A stretch of 64,000 bases of DNA from contig JANMCC010000197.1 in the NCBI GenBank assembly GCA_031360885.1, positions 1,026 to 65,025 of the forward strand, read 5' to 3'. This DNA comes from Burkholderiales bacterium (GTDB lineage Bacteria; Pseudomonadota; Gammaproteobacteria; Burkholderiales; Burkholderiaceae_C). The notes beneath the pieces are model-generated. The model saw only the letters and a program-made list of their open reading frames with translations. It was not told the DNA's origin and made no database searches. The translations under genes and the position numbers were made by a program. Positions 38,643 through 48,372 of the stretch are shown in pieces (within the stretch, counting starts at the first letter, position 1; the number at the start of each line of letters is the position of its first letter).

Positions 38643-39598
38643 AGTCCGCTACGGGCGCCAGCGACATCGAGCCGGCCCTCGACATCCTCGCGTACGGCGA
38701 GCCCATGGTCGAGTTCAACCAGACCGGCGAGGGCGCCGGGCGCCTCTACCTGCAGGGCTTCGGCGGCGACAGCTCCAACTTCGCGATCGCGGCCGCCCGC
38801 CAGGGCGCGCGCGTCGGCTATTTCAGCGCCCTCGGCGACGACTCCCACGGCCGCATGCTGCGCGCCCTGTGGGACGAGGAGGGCGTGGACCAGCGCAGCG
38901 TCAAGACCGACGCCGCCGGCTTCACCGCGATCTACTTCGTCACCCACGGCCCGCAGGGCCACGAGTTTCACTTCTTTCGCAGCGGCTCGGCGGCGAGCCG
39001 GCTGACGCTGACCGACGTGCCGCGCGCGCGCATCGCCGCGGCCAGGGTGCTGCATCTCTCCGGCATCTCGCTGGCGATCTCGGCGAGCGCCTGCGAGACG
39101 GGCTTCGCCGCGATCCAGGCCGCGCGCGAGGCCGGGGTGATGGTCTCGTTCGACACCAACCTGCGCCTCAGGCTCTGGCCCCTCGAGCGCGCGCGGGCGG
39201 TGATGCGCGACGTGATGCGGCTCGCCGACATCTGCCTGCCGAGCTACGACGACGTGCTCGACCTTACCGGCATCGTCGAGCCCGACGCCCTCGTCGACCA
39301 TTGCCTGGCGCTCGGCGCGAAGACGGTGGCGCTGAAGCTCGGCGAACGCGGCGCGATCGTCGCGGATGCGCAGCAGCGGCACCGGATCGCACCCTTCCCT
39401 TGCAAGCCGGTCGACGCCACCGGCGCGGGCGACGCGTTCGGCGGCGCCTTCGTCGCCCGCCGGGTCGCCGGCGATTCGCTGCTCGACGCCGGCCGCTATG
39501 CCGCCGCCGCAGCGGCGTTGTCGACCGAGGGCTACGGCGCCGTCGCCCCGGTCCCGCGCGCCGCCCAGGTGCGCGCTGCGCTAGAGGCGGCGCGATGA
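38639..39598 (+). CDS. PfkB-family sugar kinase (KDG kinase-like)
   Basis: GGDSSNFAIAAARQG, FDTNLR, DATGAGDAFGG. Confidence 0.92.
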   Translation: MKSATGASDIEPALDILAYGEPMVEFNQTGEGAGRLYLQGFGGDSSNFAIAAARQGARVGYFSALGDDSHGRMLRALWDEEGVDQRSVKTDAAGFTAIYFVTHGPQGHEFHFFRSGSAASRLTLTDVPRARIAAARVLHLSGISLAISASACETGFAAIQAAREAGVMVSFDTNLRLRLWPLERARAVMRDVMRLADICLPSYDDVLDLTGIVEPDALVDHCLALGAKTVALKLGERGAIVADAQQRHRIAPFPCKPVDATGAGDAFGGAFVARRVAGDSLLDAGRYAAAAAALSTEGYGAVAPVPRAAQVRAALEAAR

Positions 39599-39682
39599 GC
39601 GCTCCCGCACGGCCGCTCCGAAGGGAGCGCTCCTCCCGCTCGGCGGGACCGGCCGCAGGCCGGGGGGTGCACCGATGAGCGC
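39593..39682. repeat. 70-bp triple-hairpin element flanked by a 10-bp direct repeat (CGATGAGCGC)
   Basis: Direct repeats at 39593-39602 and 39673-39682; internal hairpins GCTCC-GAAG-GGAGC, TCCCGC-TCG-GCGGGA, CCGGCC-GCA-GGCCGG. Confidence 0.65.
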
Positions 39683-40382
39683 GCGCCGCGTGCTCGTGAC
39701 CGGCGCCACCAGTGGCATCGGCGCCGGCATCGCCCGCGCCTTCGCGGCGTTGGGCGATTCGGTCGTCGCCACCGGCGCCACCGACGCGGAGGTCGAGGCC
39801 GCCCGCGACGTCCCGGGGATCGAAGTGCAGCGGCTCGACGTGCGCGACGGCGAGGCGGTTCTCGCGCTCGTCGCCGGGCTCGGCGAGATCGACGTCGTCG
39901 TCAACTGCGCCGGCGTGATTCGCCGCGGCGTCGAGCACGATCCGGTCGCCTTCGCCGAGACGCTCGACATCAACCTCACCGGCACGATGCGCGTCTGCAG
40001 CGCGGCCCGCGCCGGCTTGAAGGCGCGCAGCGGCTGCATCGTCAACACCGCATCGATGCTCAGCTTCTTCGGCGGCGGCCTGGTGCCCGGCTACAGCGCG
40101 AGCAAGGGAGGCGTCGCCCAGCTCACCAAGAGCCTGGCGATCGCCTATGCGGCCGACGGCATCCGCGTCAACGCGGTCGCGCCGGGCTGGATCGCGACGC
40201 CGCTGACGCAGGCGCTGCAGGACGACCCGGTGCGCGCCGGGCCGATCCTGGCGCGAACCCCGATGGGCCGCTGGGGCACGCCGGAAGACGTCGCCGGCCC
40301 GGTGCTGTTTCTCGCCAGCGCCGCCGCGCGCTTCGTCACCGGCGTCGTCCTGCCGGTCGACGGCGGCTATCTCATCGCCTGA
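39675..40382 (+). CDS. SDR-family oxidoreductase (KduD-like)
   Basis: TGATSGIG, NCAG, YSASK, NAVAPG. Confidence 0.93.
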   Translation: MSARRVLVTGATSGIGAGIARAFAALGDSVVATGATDAEVEAARDVPGIEVQRLDVRDGEAVLALVAGLGEIDVVVNCAGVIRRGVEHDPVAFAETLDINLTGTMRVCSAARAGLKARSGCIVNTASMLSFFGGGLVPGYSASKGGVAQLTKSLAIAYAADGIRVNAVAPGWIATPLTQALQDDPVRAGPILARTPMGRWGTPEDVAGPVLFLASAAARFVTGVVLPVDGGYLIA

Positions 40383-40394
40383 AGGAGAAATTCG

Positions 40395-40883
40395 ATGATC
40401 GTCCAGCTGCCCGGCATCCAGTCCGAGATCGCGATCCAGGCCATTCCCGAGGACGAGCGCGCCTGGGTGCCGCAGGCGCCTGAAGTCTGGTTCCGGCCGC
40501 TGCTGCTCAACACGGTGACCGGAAGCTGGTGCAACCTGCTGCGCGTGCGCCGGGCGGGCGTGCTCTCGCGCCACATCCATCCTTCCTGGGTCACCGGCTA
40601 CGTGATCCGCGGCGCCTGGCGCTACCTCGAGCACGACTGGGTCGCGACCGAAGGCTCGTTCGTCTACGAGCCGCCGGGCGAGATCCACACGCTCGTGGTC
40701 GACGAGCAGGCGGGCGCCACCGAGATGATCACCTTCTTCAACATCCACGGCGCCATGGTCTACGTCGACGGCGAAGGCCAGGTCACGGGCTACGAAGACG
40801 TGTTCACGAAGATCGCGATGTGCCGCCGCCACTATGCCGAGAACGGGCTGGGCGAAGGCTACGTCGACCAGTTCGTGCGCTAG
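40395..40883 (+). CDS. 2,4'-dihydroxyacetophenone dioxygenase-family cupin
   Basis: WVP...FRPL, RHIH, WRYLEHDW, EPPGEIHTL. Confidence 0.85.
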   Translation: MIVQLPGIQSEIAIQAIPEDERAWVPQAPEVWFRPLLLNTVTGSWCNLLRVRRAGVLSRHIHPSWVTGYVIRGAWRYLEHDWVATEGSFVYEPPGEIHTLVVDEQAGATEMITFFNIHGAMVYVDGEGQVTGYEDVFTKIAMCRRHYAENGLGEGYVDQFVR

Positions 40884-40955
40884 CGCGACAGCGACCACGT
40901 CGAGTAGCGGCGGTCGACCTGACGGCGGCGAGGGCCGACGTGGTGCAATCGCACC

Positions 40956-41378
40956 ATGTCCGACCCCTCGTTCCTCATGGTGACCGGCGCGCCGACGCCG
41001 GTCGCGCCGTTCAGCCACGCGGTCGAATCGGATGGATGGTGCTTCGTCACCGGCCAGATGCCGACCGATCCCGAAGACGACGCGCGGCCGCTGCCGCCCG
41101 ACATCGCGGGGCAGACGGTGCGGGTGATGGAGAACCTGAAGATCGTCCTCGGCGGACTGGGGCTCGGCCTCGAGCACGTGCTGCAGGCGAGGATCTACCT
41201 GACTCGCTTCGAAGAAGACTACGCGCGCATGAACGTCGTCTACGCGAGCTACTTCCCGGCCGACCGGCGGCCGGCGCGCACCTGCATCGGCGTCACCGCG
41301 CTGGCGCGCGGCGCCCGTGTCGAGATCGACCTGCTCGCCAGGCGCCCCGGGACGACCGGGGCGGCTCCGCCTCAATAG
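40956..41378 (+). CDS. RidA-family protein
   Basis: [41 protein letters not shown]. Confidence 0.92.
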   Translation: MSDPSFLMVTGAPTPVAPFSHAVESDGWCFVTGQMPTDPEDDARPLPPDIAGQTVRVMENLKIVLGGLGLGLEHVLQARIYLTRFEEDYARMNVVYASYFPADRRPARTCIGVTALARGARVEIDLLARRPGTTGAAPPQ

Positions 41379-42661
41379 GTTTCGAGATGCAGCCGGCCCT
41401 CGCGCTTGAGGGTCGGCCCGATCGAGGCCCATTCGAGCTTCGCCTCCTCGGCGACGTCGCGCAGCGCCAGCAGCACGCCCTCCTCCATCGACTTCAGGCC
41501 GCACACGTAGAAGTGCGAGTTCGCATCGGCGAGGAGCGGCGCGAGGTCGACCGCGCGCTCGCGGATCAGGTCCTGCACATAGCGCTTCGGCTGCCCGGGC
41601 GTGCGCGAGAACGCCAGGTTGATGTCGATGAAGTCCTTGGGCAGGGACTGCAGCGGGCCGAAGTACGGCAGCTCCTCTCGCGTGCGCGCGCCGAAGAACA
41701 GCATCAGCTTGCCGCTCTCGAACTTGCCGCTCTTCCTGAGGCGCCGGCGCCACTCGGTCATCGCCCGCATCGGCGCGCTGCCGGTGCCGGTGCAGATCAT
41801 GACGATGTGCGACTTGGGGTGGTTCGGCATCAGGAAGCTCTGGCCGAACGGGCCGATCACCTGCACGGAGTCGCCCACCTTCAGGTCGCAGACGTAGTTG
41901 GAGGCCACGCCCCTGACCGGCCGGCCCTGGTGGTCCTCGGTGACGCGCTTGACCGTGAGCGAGACGTTGTTGTAGCCCGGCCGCTCGCCGTTGCGCGGGC
42001 TGGCGACCGAGTACTGGCGCGCCACGTTCGGCCGGCCATGGCTGTCGACGCCGGGCGGCACGATGCCGATCGACTGGCCTTCGAGCACGGGAAAGGGAAT
42101 CGGCCCGAAGTCGAGCACGATGTGATGCGTCTGGCTGTGGAAGCCCGCTTCGGTGCAGTTGACGTTGCCCACCACCGTGGCGGTGGTCGGGCTCTTCGGC
42201 CCGAACAGGTTGGTGTAGGCATGCGCCGCCGACCAGGGCGGCACGGTCGAGCCGAAGGCCGCCGAATTGAACGGCGCCTCGCCGGCCGCGGCTTCGGGCT
42301 GCGCCGCGAGCACCGGCTCGGCCACCACGGCGGCCACCGCCTCGGCGGAGACGCCCTCGGCGGCGAGCTGCTCGGGCGTGAGCTCGGCCGGCAGCTCGTC
42401 CCAGACGAGCTGGTCCTCGATGGCGTAGGCCAGCGCCCTGGGCACGGTGCGCCAGTTGTCGATCGAGCCGGTGGGGCAGGGGGCGATGCACGCCATGCAG
42501 AGGTTGCACACGTCGGCCCGGACGACGTAGTTGCGGTCGTCGTGGGTGATCGCGCCCACCGGGCAGGTGGCCTCGCAGGTGTTGCAGCGGATGCAGATCT
42601 CGGGGTCGATCAGGTGCTGCCTGATCACCCCCGAGTCCGCGGCGGCCGGGCTCGTCTCCAT
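41372..42661 (-). CDS. boxA: Benzoyl-CoA 2,3-epoxidase reductase subunit
   Basis: [20 protein letters not shown] and second 4Fe-4S motif, [21 protein letters not shown]. Confidence 0.96.
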   Translation of the reverse strand: METSPAAADSGVIRQHLIDPEICIRCNTCEATCPVGAITHDDRNYVVRADVCNLCMACIAPCPTGSIDNWRTVPRALAYAIEDQLVWDELPAELTPEQLAAEGVSAEAVAAVVAEPVLAAQPEAAAGEAPFNSAAFGSTVPPWSAAHAYTNLFGPKSPTTATVVGNVNCTEAGFHSQTHHIVLDFGPIPFPVLEGQSIGIVPPGVDSHGRPNVARQYSVASPRNGERPGYNNVSLTVKRVTEDHQGRPVRGVASNYVCDLKVGDSVQVIGPFGQSFLMPNHPKSHIVMICTGTGSAPMRAMTEWRRRLRKSGKFESGKLMLFFGARTREELPYFGPLQSLPKDFIDINLAFSRTPGQPKRYVQDLIRERAVDLAPLLADANSHFYVCGLKSMEEGVLLALRDVAEEAKLEWASIGPTLKREGRLHLETY

Positions 42662-42671
42662 CAGCGAATCA

Positions 42672-44096
42672 TCACCCGAAACGGACGTATTCGAAATCGA
42701 CCGGGTTCTTGTTGATGCCCATCGCCGGCGGCGCGATCCAGGCGGCGAACTTGCCCGGCTCGAGCACCGGGTGCATCAGCGAGGCGACGAAGGCGAAGTC
42801 GCCCGGGCTCGGCAGCCACTCGCTCTCCTTCAGCTTCCACTCCTCCTCGCTCACCACCCGGCCGTCGGGCGAGAGCTTGATGCCGGCCAGCGCCCCGATC
42901 TTGCGGTTGAAGGCCTTGTGCGGCACCGTCAGCCGGGTGGCGATGCCCGCCTTCTCCAGCACCTTGTTCCAGCGGCCGACGCCGGCCACCGAGTCCTTGA
43001 TGAAGTCGTCGCGCAGCACCTCGTTCAGGGCGTTGAGCATCGGCACTTCCTTCTCGGCGAGCTGGCCGTTCTGCACCTCGAGCACCTTGTAGGTCTGGCC
43101 CTTGAGCACATGGTCGTCGGCGCGCTTGCCTTCCTCGTAGCGGCCCTTCAGGCCCGAGGAGTAGAAGGTGGCGGCGTTGCTCGACTGGTCGGCGCCGAAC
43201 AGGTCGATCGTCACCGAGTAGTGGAAGTTGAGATAGCGCTGGATCGTGCCGAGGTCGATGGCGCCGGCCGCGCGCACCAGCGCCGGGTCGTCGGTCTGCA
43301 GCTCGTTCATCACCTGGGCGGTGCGCTGCAGCACCCGGGAGACGCCGCTCTCGCCGACGAACATGTGGTGCGCCTCTTCCGTGAGCATGAACTTCGTCGT
43401 TCTCGCCAGCGGATCGAACGCGCTCTCCGCCAGCGCGGCGAGCTGGAACTTGCCGTCGCGGTCGGTGAAGTAGGTGAACATGAAGAACGCCAGCCAGTCG
43501 GGCGTCTTCTCGTTGAAGGCGCCGAGGATGCGCGGGTTGTTGGTGTCGCCCGAGGTGCGCTCGAGCAGCGCGCCCGCTTCCTCGCGGCCGTCGCGGCCGA
43601 AGAACTTCTGCAGCAGGTAGACCATCGCCCAGAGGTGGCGGCCTTCCTCGACGTTGATCTGGAACAGGTTGCGCAGGTCGTACATGCTCGGCGCAGTCAG
43701 GCCGAGATGACGCTGCTGCTCCACCGACGCGGGCTCGGTGTCGCCCTGCGTGACGATGATCCGGCGCAGGTTGGCGCGGTGCTCGCCGGGCACGTCCTGC
43801 CAGGCCTTCTCGCCCTTGTGGTCGCCGAAGTGGATCTGCCGCTCGGCGTCGCCGGGGTTGAGGAAGATGCCCCAGCGGTAGTCGCGCATCTTCACGTGGT
43901 CGAAGTGGGCCCAGCCCTGCGGGTCGACGCTGGTGGCGGTGCGCAGGTAGACGTCGTGGTTGGTCGAGCCTTCGGGGCCGACGTCGTCCCACCAGTTGAT
44001 GAAGTTCGGCTGCCACTGCTCGAGCGCGCGCTGCAGGGTGCGGTCGTCGGCGAGGTTGACGTTGTTCGGGATCTTCTGGCTGTAGTCGATGGACAT
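42672..44096 (-). CDS. boxB: Benzoyl-CoA 2,3-epoxidase di-iron subunit
   Basis: [36 protein letters not shown]. Confidence 0.97.
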   Translation of the reverse strand: MSIDYSQKIPNNVNLADDRTLQRALEQWQPNFINWWDDVGPEGSTNHDVYLRTATSVDPQGWAHFDHVKMRDYRWGIFLNPGDAERQIHFGDHKGEKAWQDVPGEHRANLRRIIVTQGDTEPASVEQQRHLGLTAPSMYDLRNLFQINVEEGRHLWAMVYLLQKFFGRDGREEAGALLERTSGDTNNPRILGAFNEKTPDWLAFFMFTYFTDRDGKFQLAALAESAFDPLARTTKFMLTEEAHHMFVGESGVSRVLQRTAQVMNELQTDDPALVRAAGAIDLGTIQRYLNFHYSVTIDLFGADQSSNAATFYSSGLKGRYEEGKRADDHVLKGQTYKVLEVQNGQLAEKEVPMLNALNEVLRDDFIKDSVAGVGRWNKVLEKAGIATRLTVPHKAFNRKIGALAGIKLSPDGRVVSEEEWKLKESEWLPSPGDFAFVASLMHPVLEPGKFAAWIAPPAMGINKNPVDFEYVRFG

Positions 44097-44120
44097 GATG
44101 GTGTTCTCTTCGTCTGAACT

Positions 44121-45797
44121 TCAGACGCGGGTGAAGTCGAAGCCGGCCTTCTCGCCGGTGCCGTAAACCTTGAGCGCGCCCTTGGGGCCGACCGCGTTCG
44201 GCCGCTGGAAGATCCAGTTCTGCCAGGCGGTGAGCCGGCCGAACACGCGCGTGACCATGTTCTCCTTGCCGGCGAAGCGCAGGTTGGCTTCCAGGCCGGT
44301 GAGCGCGTCGGGCGACATCGCCGCGCGTTCTTCCAGGGCGATGCGGATCTCGTCGTCCCAGTCGATGTCGTCAGGCGCGGCGGTGACCAGGCCGAGCTGC
44401 AGGGCCGCGTCGGCGTCGAGGGCGGTGCCGATCGAGGCACGGGCCGCCTGCAGGGGCGCGGCCTCTTCGTAGAAGCGGCGGGCCAGGCGCGACTGGTCGG
44501 TCACCATCGGCAGCGGGCCGAAGTTGAGGGCGTCGAGCTGCAGCTTCGGCGCGCGCGCCGCGTCGTCGGGCAGGGCGAGCATGTAGGCGCGGTCGGCGGC
44601 GAAGGCGAGCTCGGCGAGCAGGCCGGCGAAGCACGAGCCCGGCTCGATCAGCGCGAACAGGCTGCGCGAGGAAACGTCGAGGCGGGCGAAGGTGCGGCGC
44701 AGCAGGCCGAGCGTCTCGCGCACCAGCCAGTGCTTGTCGTTGGCGAGGATCGCTTGGTCGGCGGCGAGCACCGCGCCGGCGTCGCCTTCGGTCTTCAGGA
44801 GCCAGGTGCCGATCTCGAGCTCGTTGGTGCGCAGGTTGAGGATCGCGTCGTCGAGCTGGCGCGCCATCGCCAGCGGCCACCAGGCGGCGCCGGCGGCCTC
44901 GATCGCGGCGATGTCGGCGGGCTGCGTGCCGGTCGGCGCCTTGACGGTGATCGTCGCCGCGCGCTTGCTGCGGTCGATCGCCACCGAGACATGGGCGTAG
45001 CCGAAGCCGTCGGCCGAGTCTTCGCGCTCGAGGCGGGTCAGGCTCACGCCCTTCGCTTCGGCCGGCCGCAGGCTGCCTTCGGCGAGCTTCGCGGCACGCT
45101 CGTGCACGACGCCGGCGAACTGCGCCGGCTTGGCGACCGCATCGACCAGCCGCCACTCCACCGCGCGCTGGCCGCGCACGCCTTCGACGCTGGTGCAGAA
45201 GATGTCGGCGAGGTCGTGGCGGACCTTGCGCTTGTCGGTGACGCGGGTCAACCCCCCGGTGCCGGGCAGCACGCCGAGCAGCGGCACCTCGGGCAGCGAG
45301 ACCGAGGAGGAGCGATCGTCGACGAGGACGATCTCGTCGCAGGCAAGCGCCAGCTCGTAGCCGCCGCCGGCGCAGGCGCCGTTGACCGCGGCGACGAACT
45401 TGATGCCCGAGTGGGTCGAGGTGTCCTCGATGCCGTTGCGGGTCTCGTTGGTGAACTTGCAGAAGTTCACCTTCCAGGCATGGCTCGAGACGCCGAGCAT
45501 GAAGATGTTGGCGCCCGAGCAGAAGATCCGGTCCTTGCCGCTGGTGACGATCACCGAGCGCACCTGCGGATGCTCGAAACGCACCCGGTTCAAGGCGTCG
45601 GCGAGCTCGACGTCGACGCCGAGGTCGTAGCTGTTGAGCTTGAGCTTGTAGCCGGGGCGAACGCCCGCGTCCTCGGCGATGTCGAGCGTCAGCCGGGCGA
45701 GCGAGCCCTCGACCGAAAGCTTCCAGTGCCGGTATTGCGCGGGCTCGGTGCGGTAGTCGACCCGGGGCGGGGCGGCGGTGGCGACGGCGGTGTCCAT
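44121..45797 (-). CDS. boxC: 2,3-epoxybenzoyl-CoA dihydrolase
   Basis: YKLKLNSYDLGVD, WKVNFCKFTNETRN, RLTAWQNWIFQRPNAVG. Confidence 0.97.
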   Translation of the reverse strand: MDTAVATAAPPRVDYRTEPAQYRHWKLSVEGSLARLTLDIAEDAGVRPGYKLKLNSYDLGVDVELADALNRVRFEHPQVRSVIVTSGKDRIFCSGANIFMLGVSSHAWKVNFCKFTNETRNGIEDTSTHSGIKFVAAVNGACAGGGYELALACDEIVLVDDRSSSVSLPEVPLLGVLPGTGGLTRVTDKRKVRHDLADIFCTSVEGVRGQRAVEWRLVDAVAKPAQFAGVVHERAAKLAEGSLRPAEAKGVSLTRLEREDSADGFGYAHVSVAIDRSKRAATITVKAPTGTQPADIAAIEAAGAAWWPLAMARQLDDAILNLRTNELEIGTWLLKTEGDAGAVLAADQAILANDKHWLVRETLGLLRRTFARLDVSSRSLFALIEPGSCFAGLLAELAFAADRAYMLALPDDAARAPKLQLDALNFGPLPMVTDQSRLARRFYEEAAPLQAARASIGTALDADAALQLGLVTAAPDDIDWDDEIRIALEERAAMSPDALTGLEANLRFAGKENMVTRVFGRLTAWQNWIFQRPNAVGPKGALKVYGTGEKAGFDFTRV

Positions 45798-45831
45798 GGA
45801 TCGGATCTCCTTCAGGGCTTCAGGCGGCTCA

Positions 45832-45847
45832 ATGCATCATAGTGCAT
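45832..45847. promoter_or_regulatory. Candidate BoxR/BzdR operator upstream of boxC (TGCA-N6-TGCA)
   Basis: ATGCATCATAGTGCAT palindrome about 35 bp upstream of the boxC start. Confidence 0.7.
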
Positions 45848-45870
45848 ATCACCGAGGCCAGTCAACAAGT

Positions 45871-46758
45871 CTATGCAGTTTGCTTCATGTCGATGCCGAG
45901 CAGGTCGCCGGCCAGGGCGACCAGGGCGCGCAGGCTCTCCGCTTCGCTCCGGCCCGAGGTGTCGAGCGCGGCGTCGGCCTTGGCGTAGAAGGCCGCCCGG
46001 CCGGTGAGGATGCGGCGCAGGTCGGCCATGGCCTCGCGGCTCGCCGCCATCGGCCGGGTGTCGCCCTGGGCGGCGACGCGACTCATGTGCTCCTCGGGCG
46101 AGGCCTGCAGCCAGATCGTGGTGCACGACTCGAGCAGGGCGTTGAAGGTCGCCGGCTCGGCGACGATGCCGCCGGGCGTGGCGATCACCGCCTCGGCGTG
46201 CAGGCGCACCGTCTCGTCGAGGGCGCGCCGCTCGTAGCGGCGGTAGGCATTGGTCCCGTAGAGGTCGTGGATCTCGCGGATGCTGCAGCCGGCGATGCGC
46301 TCGATCTCCCGGCTCAGCTCGATGAACGGCATCTCCAGGGCTTCGGCGAGCTCGCCGCCGAGCGTCGACTTGCCGGCGCCGCGCAGCCCCACCAGGGCGA
46401 TGCGCCGCCCGCGCGCCGCGACCCCGCCCTCGCCGTACACGCCGGCGATCGCCAGCCGGGCGCGACGCAATTCGGCCTCGCTGCGGCCGCGCAGCAATTC
46501 GCGCAGCATCAGCCACTCGGGCGAGCTCGTCGTCATGTCGCCCACCAGCTCGGCGAGCGAGCAGTCGAGGGCGGTGGCGACGTGCTGCAGCACCAGGATC
46601 GAGGCGTTGCCGATGCCGTATTCCAGGTTCGCGAGGTGCCGCTCCGACACCCCGGAGGCCATCGCCACCGACTTGCGCGTCAGGCCGCGCCGGGCGCGCA
46701 GGAGTCGCACGCGCTCGCCGAGGGCGAGCAGGAACGGGTCTTTGTCGGCAGCGGCCAT
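45871..46758 (-). CDS. boxR: BoxR/BzdR-type regulator (XRE HTH + shikimate kinase-like domain)
   Basis: VSERHLANLEYGIGNASIL HTH; GLRGAGKST P-loop; QGDTRPM. Confidence 0.93.
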   Translation of the reverse strand: MAAADKDPFLLALGERVRLLRARRGLTRKSVAMASGVSERHLANLEYGIGNASILVLQHVATALDCSLAELVGDMTTSSPEWLMLRELLRGRSEAELRRARLAIAGVYGEGGVAARGRRIALVGLRGAGKSTLGGELAEALEMPFIELSREIERIAGCSIREIHDLYGTNAYRRYERRALDETVRLHAEAVIATPGGIVAEPATFNALLESCTTIWLQASPEEHMSRVAAQGDTRPMAASREAMADLRRILTGRAAFYAKADAALDTSGRSEAESLRALVALAGDLLGIDMKQTA

Positions 46759-46779
46759 ACATGCAGTATAGTGCTTGAC
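46759..46779. promoter_or_regulatory. 21-bp divergent intergenic region: BoxR-type operator overlapping back-to-back -10 hexamers
   Basis: ATGCAGTATAGTGCTT (46761-46776); TATAGT (+, 46767-46772) and TATACT (-, 46770-46765). Confidence 0.65.
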
Positions 46780-48372
46780 ATGGATATTTCGCCGCCCGAG
46801 CCGCTCAATTTCGCGCAGCACCTGTTCCAGGCGAACGCCGGCCGCGCCGCCAAGCTCGCCTACGTCGACGATCGCGGCAGCCTGAGCTACGGCGAGCTCG
46901 AGGAGCGCGCCCGCCGCTTCGCCGCAGCGCTGCTCGGCCTGGGCCTTCGTCGCGAAGAGCGCGTGCTGCTGATGATGCTCGACGCGAACGAATGGCCGGT
47001 CGCGTTTCTCGGCTGCCTCTACGCCGGCATCGTGCCGGTGGCGGTGAACACCCTGCTCACCGCCGACGACTACGCCTACATGCTGGCGCACAGCCGGGCG
47101 CAGGCGGCGATCGTCTCGGCGCCGCTCGCGCAGATGCTCGGCAAGGCGATGGCGCAGGCGAAGAACGAGGTGAAGCACCTCGTCGTCGCCGGCGGCGCGG
47201 AAACGTTGCCGGCCGGCGCCCTCGCCTTCGATTCGCTCCTCGCCGCCCACGAGCCGCTCGCCGAGGCGGCGGCGACCCGTGGCGACGACCCGGCGTTCTG
47301 GCTCTACTCGTCGGGCTCCACCGGCCGGCCCAAGGGCACGGTGCACACCCACGCCAATGCCTGGTGGACGGCCGAGCTCTCCGGCAAGCGGGTGCTCGGC
47401 CTGACCGAGGCCGACGTCTGCTTCTCCGCCGCCAAGCTCTATTTCGCCTACGGCCTGGGCAACGGCCTGACCTTCCCGCTGGCGGTCGGAGCCACCGTGG
47501 TGCTGATGGCGGAGCGGCCGACGCCCGACGCCGTCTTCAAGCGCTGGACCGGCGCCGCGACGAGCGCGGCCACCGGCTCGCCGGTGCGGCCCACGGTCTT
47601 CTTCGGCGCACCCACCGGCTTCGCCGGCATGCTCGCCTCGCCGGCGCTGCCGGCGCGCGAGGCGGTCGTGCTGCGCATGTGTTCCTCGGCCGGCGAGGCG
47701 CTGCCTTCGGAGATCGGCCAGCGCTTCGAGCGCCATTTCGGCGCGCCCATCGTCGACGGCATCGGCTCGACCGAGATGCTGCACGTGTTCCTCTCCAACC
47801 GCCTCGGCGACGTTCGCTACGGCACCACCGGCAAGCCGGTCCCGGGCTACGAGATCGAGCTGCGCGGCGAAGACGGCCGCCCGGTCGCCGACGGCGAGAT
47901 CGGCGATCTCTATATCCGGGGCCCGAGCGCCGCGCTGATGTACTGGGGCAACCGGGAGAAGTCGCGCGAGACCTTCCAGGGCGGCTGGACGCGCAGCGGC
48001 GACAAATACGTGCGCGACGCCGACGGCTACTACACCTACTCCGGCCGCAGCGACGACATGCTGAAGGTGAGCGGAATCTGGGTCTCGCCGTTCGAGGTCG
48101 AGGCGACGCTGATGCAGCACCCGGCGGTGCTCGAATGCGCGGTCATCGGCACCGAGGACGCGGAAGGCCTGACCAAGACCAAGGCCTTCGTCGTCGTCAA
48201 GCCGGGCCAGGCAGTGGCCGACGCGGACCTCAAGGCCTTCGTCAAGGAAAGGCTCGCCGCCTTCAAGTACCCGCGGGCGATCGAGTTCGTCGACGAGCTG
48301 CCGAAGACGGCCACCGGCAAGATCCAGCGCTTTCGCCTGCGCGAGCGCGAGCGCGGCGGCGCCGCTTCGTGA
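46780..48372 (+). CDS. bclA: Benzoate-CoA ligase
   Basis: WLYSSGSTGRPKG, AKLYFAYGLGN, DGIGSTE, PKTATGKIQRF; located in the box cluster. Confidence 0.92.
   Translation: MDISPPEPLNFAQHLFQANAGRAAKLAYVDDRGSLSYGELEERARRFAAALLGLGLRREERVLLMMLDANEWPVAFLGCLYAGIVPVAVNTLLTADDYAYMLAHSRAQAAIVSAPLAQMLGKAMAQAKNEVKHLVVAGGAETLPAGALAFDSLLAAHEPLAEAAATRGDDPAFWLYSSGSTGRPKGTVHTHANAWWTAELSGKRVLGLTEADVCFSAAKLYFAYGLGNGLTFPLAVGATVVLMAERPTPDAVFKRWTGAATSAATGSPVRPTVFFGAPTGFAGMLASPALPAREAVVLRMCSSAGEALPSEIGQRFERHFGAPIVDGIGSTEMLHVFLSNRLGDVRYGTTGKPVPGYEIELRGEDGRPVADGEIGDLYIRGPSAALMYWGNREKSRETFQGGWTRSGDKYVRDADGYYTYSGRSDDMLKVSGIWVSPFEVEATLMQHPAVLECAVIGTEDAEGLTKTKAFVVVKPGQAVADADLKAFVKERLAAFKYPRAIEFVDELPKTATGKIQRFRLRERERGGAAS

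Noticed and set aside
46775-46780. Perfect TTGACA -35 hexamer
   Set aside because: No -10 at 16-18 bp downstream, and it overlaps the bclA start codon; probably coincidental.
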